Position numbers and translations under genes: made by a program
The notes under the pieces: generated by a model
Told to the model about the DNA's origin: nothing
The model's database searches: none
What the model saw: only the letters and a program-made list of their open reading frames with translations
Source of the DNA: a virus
Taxonomy: Duplodnaviria > Caudoviricetes
IMG/VR virus record: IMGVR_UViG_3300021356_000129
Span: 1-28,122 of that record
Direction: 5' to 3' (one strand)
Length of the DNA: 28,122 nt
Shown here: in pieces, positions 25,601-28,122 of the stretch
Layout: every line of letters begins with the position of its first letter
Numbering within the stretch: the stretch's first letter is position 1

Positions 25601-27375
25601 ATGTTGGTGCTGGTTACACCCCTTCATCAGGTCCTGGATTTACTTACACTGGTGTTGCACTTACGGCAATCACGGGTAAGGGAATCAACGCTACTGCAGA
25701 TATTACAATTAATAGTGGTGTTGCAGTTGGTGCAACAATTAGAGCTGGTGGTACTGGTTATGTAGTTGGTGATGTATTGACTCCAGTCAGTGTTGGTTCT
25801 CTTGATCTTGGGTCTAATATTCAACTTTCAGTACAAGAAATTCTTGGAAACAATACTCTTGTTCTCGAAAATGTTCAGGGTAACTTCTCCACCAGTTCTG
25901 CATATCCATTGTATTATGAAAACAATGTTGGTTTCACTACAGAACTCAACGGTGTAGGTGGTAATGTCGTTCCTACATCACCTATTAATGTAACTCATCA
26001 AGGTGATTACATTAGAGTATTCAAGAGAAATCATGGTTTATACTCTAATGTCAACAGAGCCACTATCTCGGATGTAAGAAGTGATGTTATTCCAAATACC
26101 ATTGCACAAGAATATACATTTGATACCACATCATTCATTACTCTTGAAACTGTAGCAACAGAATTCAGTACATTTGAAAATCTTGGAGTTGGTGGTACTA
26201 ATCCTGGATATGTTAGAATTGGTGATGAAATCATTGGTTACACTGGAGTTAATGGAAGAACACTTACAGGTGTTACAAGAGGTGTTGATAACACTACGAT
26301 CGCAACCCATGCTTCTGGAGAATTAATTTATAAGTACGAATTGAATGGTGTATCACTCAGAAGAATCAATAGAGAACATCAACTGATTCAGGTAAATTCA
26401 TCTGATCTTGAGGAACCACCAATTGGACTTGATTACTTCTATGTCAAACTCCAAATGAATGCAAATGGAACCAACAGAGCACCTTCAAACTCTGAAGGAT
26501 TCCCTCCACTCTACTTTAATGAGAGAAAAGTTGCTGGTGGTCCTGATGCAAAGACTACTTATAACTTACCATTCCACTTAATTACTCCGAGAGTTACAAA
26601 TATAACACCTCTTGGTACTGCTTTGATTCCTCAGGCAAGAACAGTCACCGCATCAAGTGTTTCTGGTAACCAGGAAAATATGCTTGATCAAGGATATCAG
26701 AGGGTTAATCTGGCGACTGAGAATTACTTTGATTCTCTCAGAATGGTTGCATCTGCAAGAAATGAGGAACTCTTATTAGATTCCGATCTCTTCCCTGGTG
26801 ACAGATCATTCTCTATGTTGTTCAATCTTGTGTCTTTAGATTCCAGATTGAGTCCAGCAATTGATCTTGATAGTGCATCTGTTTTATTCACATCGAATAG
26901 AGTCAATCAACCAATCACCAATTATGCTGATGACTTCAGAGTATCTACGACAACAGATGATCCAAACAGATTCTTCTATGTTTCTAAGAACGTCGTTTTA
27001 GAAAATCCTGCAACATCTATTGAAGTATTGTTGGATGGTTATTGTACGACTAGAAATGATATCAGAGTTTTCTATTCTGTTGATCAAGACTCACCAGCTT
27101 CTGAAACTGTCTTCATACCATTCCCTGGATATGCAAACATTGGTCCAAGTGGTGCAATTCTTGAACGCGGTAATAGTAATGGAACCTCTGACACCCTTGT
27201 TCCTAAGAGAGACTCATACGAAGTCAATCCTTCGGTGAATCTTTTCAAGGAGTATCAATATACTGTTGAAGACTTAGTTCCCTTTAAGTCCTTCAGAATC
27301 AAAATTATTGGAACTTCTACTGATCAAGCAGTTGCACCAATGATTAGAAACTTAAGAGCAATAGCATTAGCATAA
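19618..27375 (+). CDS. large VrlC/DUF4815-like virion structural protein, 2585 aa
   Basis: N-terminal 'TNLNVAPYFDDFD...YYKVLFKPGFPVQARELTGLQSILQNQ' plus 'APGADRLK', 'RI.NLEYYTSLS', 'FKSGIFVDNF', 'DPLAQTF' and 'GSLFKSQN' are blocks typical of this family, which follows gp8 in T4-like cyanophages. Confidence 0.85.
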   Translation: MPQETNLNVAPYFDDFDPQSNYYKVLFKPGFPVQARELTGLQSILQNQVEQMGNHFFKEGAKVIPGDTTYIRDYYGIQIEPEFLGIPVGIYLDQIVGTVITGATSGVTAKVVKYITNEESERGVYTLYLSYENSPTSDEEVSTFLSGEILLTSKNITYASTFISASEGFATTIPQNAPIIGSSFNISEGVYFLRGYFVNVNAETLILDQYSNTPSYRVGLNVVEEIISSDIDESLADNAQGFNNYTAPGADRLKIGTSLAKKSLDNFEDANFVQLSEIKDGILRVINKNTDYNFIGDEFARRTFDESGDYYVRAFRTSVKNSLNDNEGNRGLFQEDQSTDDGTIPTEDLGIYKVSSGKAYIKGYEVETLAPVLVDFPKPRSVKSAENQAINFGFGPTLTVNRVYGSASIGINTDGTLSLRSERVGSDQLAAAGKEIGIARVYDFALESGSYDSTIPNINQWDLSLFDIQTYSDISLNEAVTLTTSTHIKGESSGATGFLKYNVSAGTALTAYNVNGNFHKGERLIFNGVLDDARFVTSDINYSLADVKSVHGIVGAANTFSGDLVQKSIRDFGSANVAAASGSQSKVSIPADAGFTFVGIVTVGNIVSYSRNSLDIQSFGRVVGVAATNFDIEAVETVNGVCNGALPTSSETVQNLKLVSTKASGGSGSGNLANNEALFSIFPKQNIESVSLVGSDITIRRQYTTNISNNSTASITAGANEVFLPFDEERYTLIRSDGATEVLTEDKFSLTNGSTTLTINGLGSNDSGSRLITTLRKSDLKSKVKTRSISKDLVINKSREAASGIGSTTLDDGLEYGNYPYGTRVQDEVISLNVPDVYKIYGIFESEDSNNPVCPSMTLGQLDGESSNTNDLIVGETLLGQTSGAKAILLSKLDDTQIAFTYLNGSTFANNEIIKFETSNVNGVSSGVQVGSKEITNDFKFDNGQRQAIYDYSRIVRRTDVPTPSRRIRVYFASAGYQNSDDGDITTISSYEGFNYAKDIGVVGDSRVSDIIDARPRVTEYSIAEGANSPFEFSGRSFADGQNGRTHSSSHIIASDESLTLDYTYYLGRIDRLYIDTHGKLGYITGTAADNPKAPDSLSNSMSIATVYLPPFLYNVSDAKVTFIDHKRYQMSDIAKLDQRISNLEYYTSLSLIETQTLNMFVSDANGLNRFKSGIFVDNFSTLTPQDTSVGIRNSVARKKGILRPSHYTTALNLQLGTNAISGVGTTSNTNQDIEFADPVGVNVRRTGQVVTLDYEDVEWLHQPYATRVENVTPYLVQFYQGNIELTPNADVWIDTTLLEVNSVQMEGSFQGIAEALGAEITTNADGQSVGVTPIIWNSWETTGVNLDISLSNDVNQNTTTSSNTVSGSGSGSSGGASASVDVSLTQQTTTTTTTNNISATTSIGLDQQRSGQQFTVNESIDTESLGTNVINTEIINFMRSRNIAFDGKAFKPFTRLYSFFDSVDVNRFCTPKLIEIEMMHGTFTVGESVAGTMLNGGAVPLNAATVPAITFRVANSNHKFGPFNNPTDTYTSNPYNRDVTIPANYSESSSTINIDLFSLQSQETPQFNGFIETDMILTGQSSGAQARVVNRRLLTDNVGTILGTYCVPPTGNPANPTFETGTNTLRLTSDSINTSIEGIVTTAGEALFYSQGTLQTTQETTLSLRNASVNTQDFTQTRIIGDSATSNTIQVISTDTNTTVTGVDADVSIDVPQPRGGGGGGGRERRERRERRERREGEREAIRIPEVRNPPFQPDPLAQTFVVDDESGIYITKVDFFFRTKGENAPVTFELRETNLGTPSSKILPFSQLNLDPDQVNLSDDGTVPTTFTLPAPVYLEGGKEYAMVLKSHSTDYTVYISRLGEADITSLGGNESDQVIVTEQPLLGSLFKSQNASVWTPSQYEDLKFRMYRADFAATGTVNFFNPVLPESLGVIDPNGLTLEPRQIRVGLGTTVNDASVPERLTLGNTVKQLSIGAKGTLVALAGSATGDLSLTNVGAGYTPSSGPGFTYTGVALTAITGKGINATADITINSGVAVGATIRAGGTGYVVGDVLTPVSVGSLDLGSNIQLSVQEILGNNTLVLENVQGNFSTSSAYPLYYENNVGFTTELNGVGGNVVPTSPINVTHQGDYIRVFKRNHGLYSNVNRATISDVRSDVIPNTIAQEYTFDTTSFITLETVATEFSTFENLGVGGTNPGYVRIGDEIIGYTGVNGRTLTGVTRGVDNTTIATHASGELIYKYELNGVSLRRINREHQLIQVNSSDLEEPPIGLDYFYVKLQMNANGTNRAPSNSEGFPPLYFNERKVAGGPDAKTTYNLPFHLITPRVTNITPLGTALIPQARTVTASSVSGNQENMLDQGYQRVNLATENYFDSLRMVASARNEELLLDSDLFPGDRSFSMLFNLVSLDSRLSPAIDLDSASVLFTSNRVNQPITNYADDFRVSTTTDDPNRFFYVSKNVVLENPATSIEVLLDGYCTTRNDIRVFYSVDQDSPASETVFIPFPGYANIGPSGAILERGNSNGTSDTLVPKRDSYEVNPSVNLFKEYQYTVEDLVPFKSFRIKIIGTSTDQAVAPMIRNLRAIALA
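24766..24840 (+). repeat. low-complexity Gly7-(ERR)n repeat in the VrlC-like gene
   Basis: GGC/GGT x7 (24766-24786) followed by ~9-nt GAAAGAAGA-type repeats encoding RERRERRERRERREGERE; purine-only run at 24799-24830. Confidence 0.9.
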
Positions 27376-27608
27376 TGTCAAAATTTATTCCAGTTGAAGG
27401 CAAGGACGGGTATTATAGAGATGCCCGTTCTGGTGCCATTGTCAATAAAAACAATAATGACTTTGAATCATATGTGAAACGTCGTGAGGCTTTACATGAA
27501 CAACAACAAAGTTTTGATGATTTACAAGGTGAAGTTGAAAACTTGAAAACTGATGTGAATGATATCAAGAATATGCTCCATACTATCACGGATTTATTAA
27601 ATAAATAG
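27375..27608 (+). CDS. small coiled-coil hypothetical protein, 77 aa
   Basis: Start overlaps the upstream stop (TAATG). 'VEG....RD..SGAIVN' N-terminus and heptad C-terminus (LQGEVENLKTDVNDIKNML). I recall it as a usual companion of VrlC-like genes. Confidence 0.8.
   Translation: MSKFIPVEGKDGYYRDARSGAIVNKNNNDFESYVKRREALHEQQQSFDDLQGEVENLKTDVNDIKNMLHTITDLLNK
27600..27607 (+). promoter_or_regulatory. T4-type late promoter (AATAAATA)
   Basis: Overlaps the end of the 77-aa gene, 25 nt upstream of the gp13 ATG. Confidence 0.7.
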
Positions 27609-27632
27609 ACATATAGATAGGTCTAATTATAG

Positions 27633-28122
27633 ATGGCACAGCCAAGTACTAGACAAGAACTTATTGATTATTGTTTGAGACAGTTGGGTGCTCCTGTATT
27701 GGAGATCAACGTTGCAGATGAGCAAATCGAAGATCTTGTAGATGATGCCATCCAGTATTTCCAAGAGAGACACTTTGATGGTGTAGGACAAACATATCTC
27801 AAGTATCAAATCACTCAGGCTGATGTTGATAGAGGAAAGGCAAGACCACCTGGTGCCGCTGCTTTAAGTTCTGGTAGACCATCGGTTGGTATTGCTTCAA
27901 CTGCAGCAAGTACTAATATTGTAGGAACTGCAACGACGTTCACATATTACGAAAATAGTAATTATCTTCAGATTCCACCTAACGTTATCGGGATCAATAA
28001 AGTATTTCAATACGATGATGCTCAATCAATTAGCTCATCGAACATGTTCAGTTTCAAGTATCAACTGTTCCTGAACGATATCTACTATTGGGGTAACACA
28101 GATTTGTTGAGTTACTCAATGG
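27633..28122 (+). CDS. gp13: neck protein gp13 (5' part, runs off the window)
   Basis: Frame from ATG 27633 reads MAQPSTRQELIDYCLRQLGAPVLEINVADEQIEDLVDDAIQYFQERHFDG..., the gp13 N-terminal signature. No stop before the window end, so it is absent from the ORF track. Confidence 0.92.
   Translation, partial: MAQPSTRQELIDYCLRQLGAPVLEINVADEQIEDLVDDAIQYFQERHFDGVGQTYLKYQITQADVDRGKARPPGAAALSSGRPSVGIASTAASTNIVGTATTFTYYENSNYLQIPPNVIGINKVFQYDDAQSISSSNMFSFKYQLFLNDIYYWGNTDLLSYSM

Noticed and set aside
2897-27238. Many 60-143-aa alternative-frame and antisense ORFs within gp6, gp7, the fibre gene, gp8 and the VrlC-like gene
   Set aside because: They are fully nested in long conserved genes, lack RBS or promoter support, and are expected shadows of the codon bias.
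4346-27375. Inteins, introns, homing endonucleases or DGR target repeats in the giant structural genes
   Set aside because: The reading frames are uninterrupted. I saw no intein splice motifs (C...HN-C/S/T), no LAGLIDADG, HNH or GIY-YIG motifs, and no adenine-specific repeat pair.
27606-27625. TAGAC...GTCTA inverted repeat before gp13
   Set aside because: Short, AT-rich and without a U-tract; not a convincing terminator or operator.
27627-27809. 60-aa minus-strand ORF
   Set aside because: It is antisense to gp13, which is the real gene here.
1-28122. tRNA, rRNA or CRISPR arrays
   Set aside because: Intergenic gaps are all under ~70 nt, and I saw no cloverleaf or regularly spaced direct repeats.

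Overview
This window is part of a T4-like myovirus genome, most likely a marine cyanophage (Kyanoviridae-type, low GC). All credible genes are on the + strand. The first ~1.85 kb is a small accessory cluster. It holds the 3' end of a GT2-like glycosyltransferase, an intrinsic terminator whose loop carries the -35 box of a sigma70-type early promoter, and a Zn-ribbon/two-TM protein. It continues with an unannotated 48-aa Lys/Arg-rich peptide, a minimal SET-domain methyltransferase, a conserved 233-aa hypothetical protein and an unannotated 51-aa ORF. The rest is the late virion module: gp25, gp6, a 4033-aa gp7-like wedge protein, a gp9/gp10-headed fibre ending in a putative type-1 copper (cupredoxin) domain, gp8, a 2585-aa VrlC/DUF4815-like protein, a small coiled-coil protein and the 5' part of neck gene gp13. 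T4-type late promoters ((T/A)ATAAATA or TAAATA) punctuate the module. The most notable observations are the blue-copper-like site at a fibre tip, the SET enzyme translationally coupled to a histone-tail-like peptide, and a G-[IVLF]-x-[TS] micro-motif repeated across unrelated virion proteins next to a glycosyltransferase. All family assignments come from motif recognition by eye; no database searches were run.
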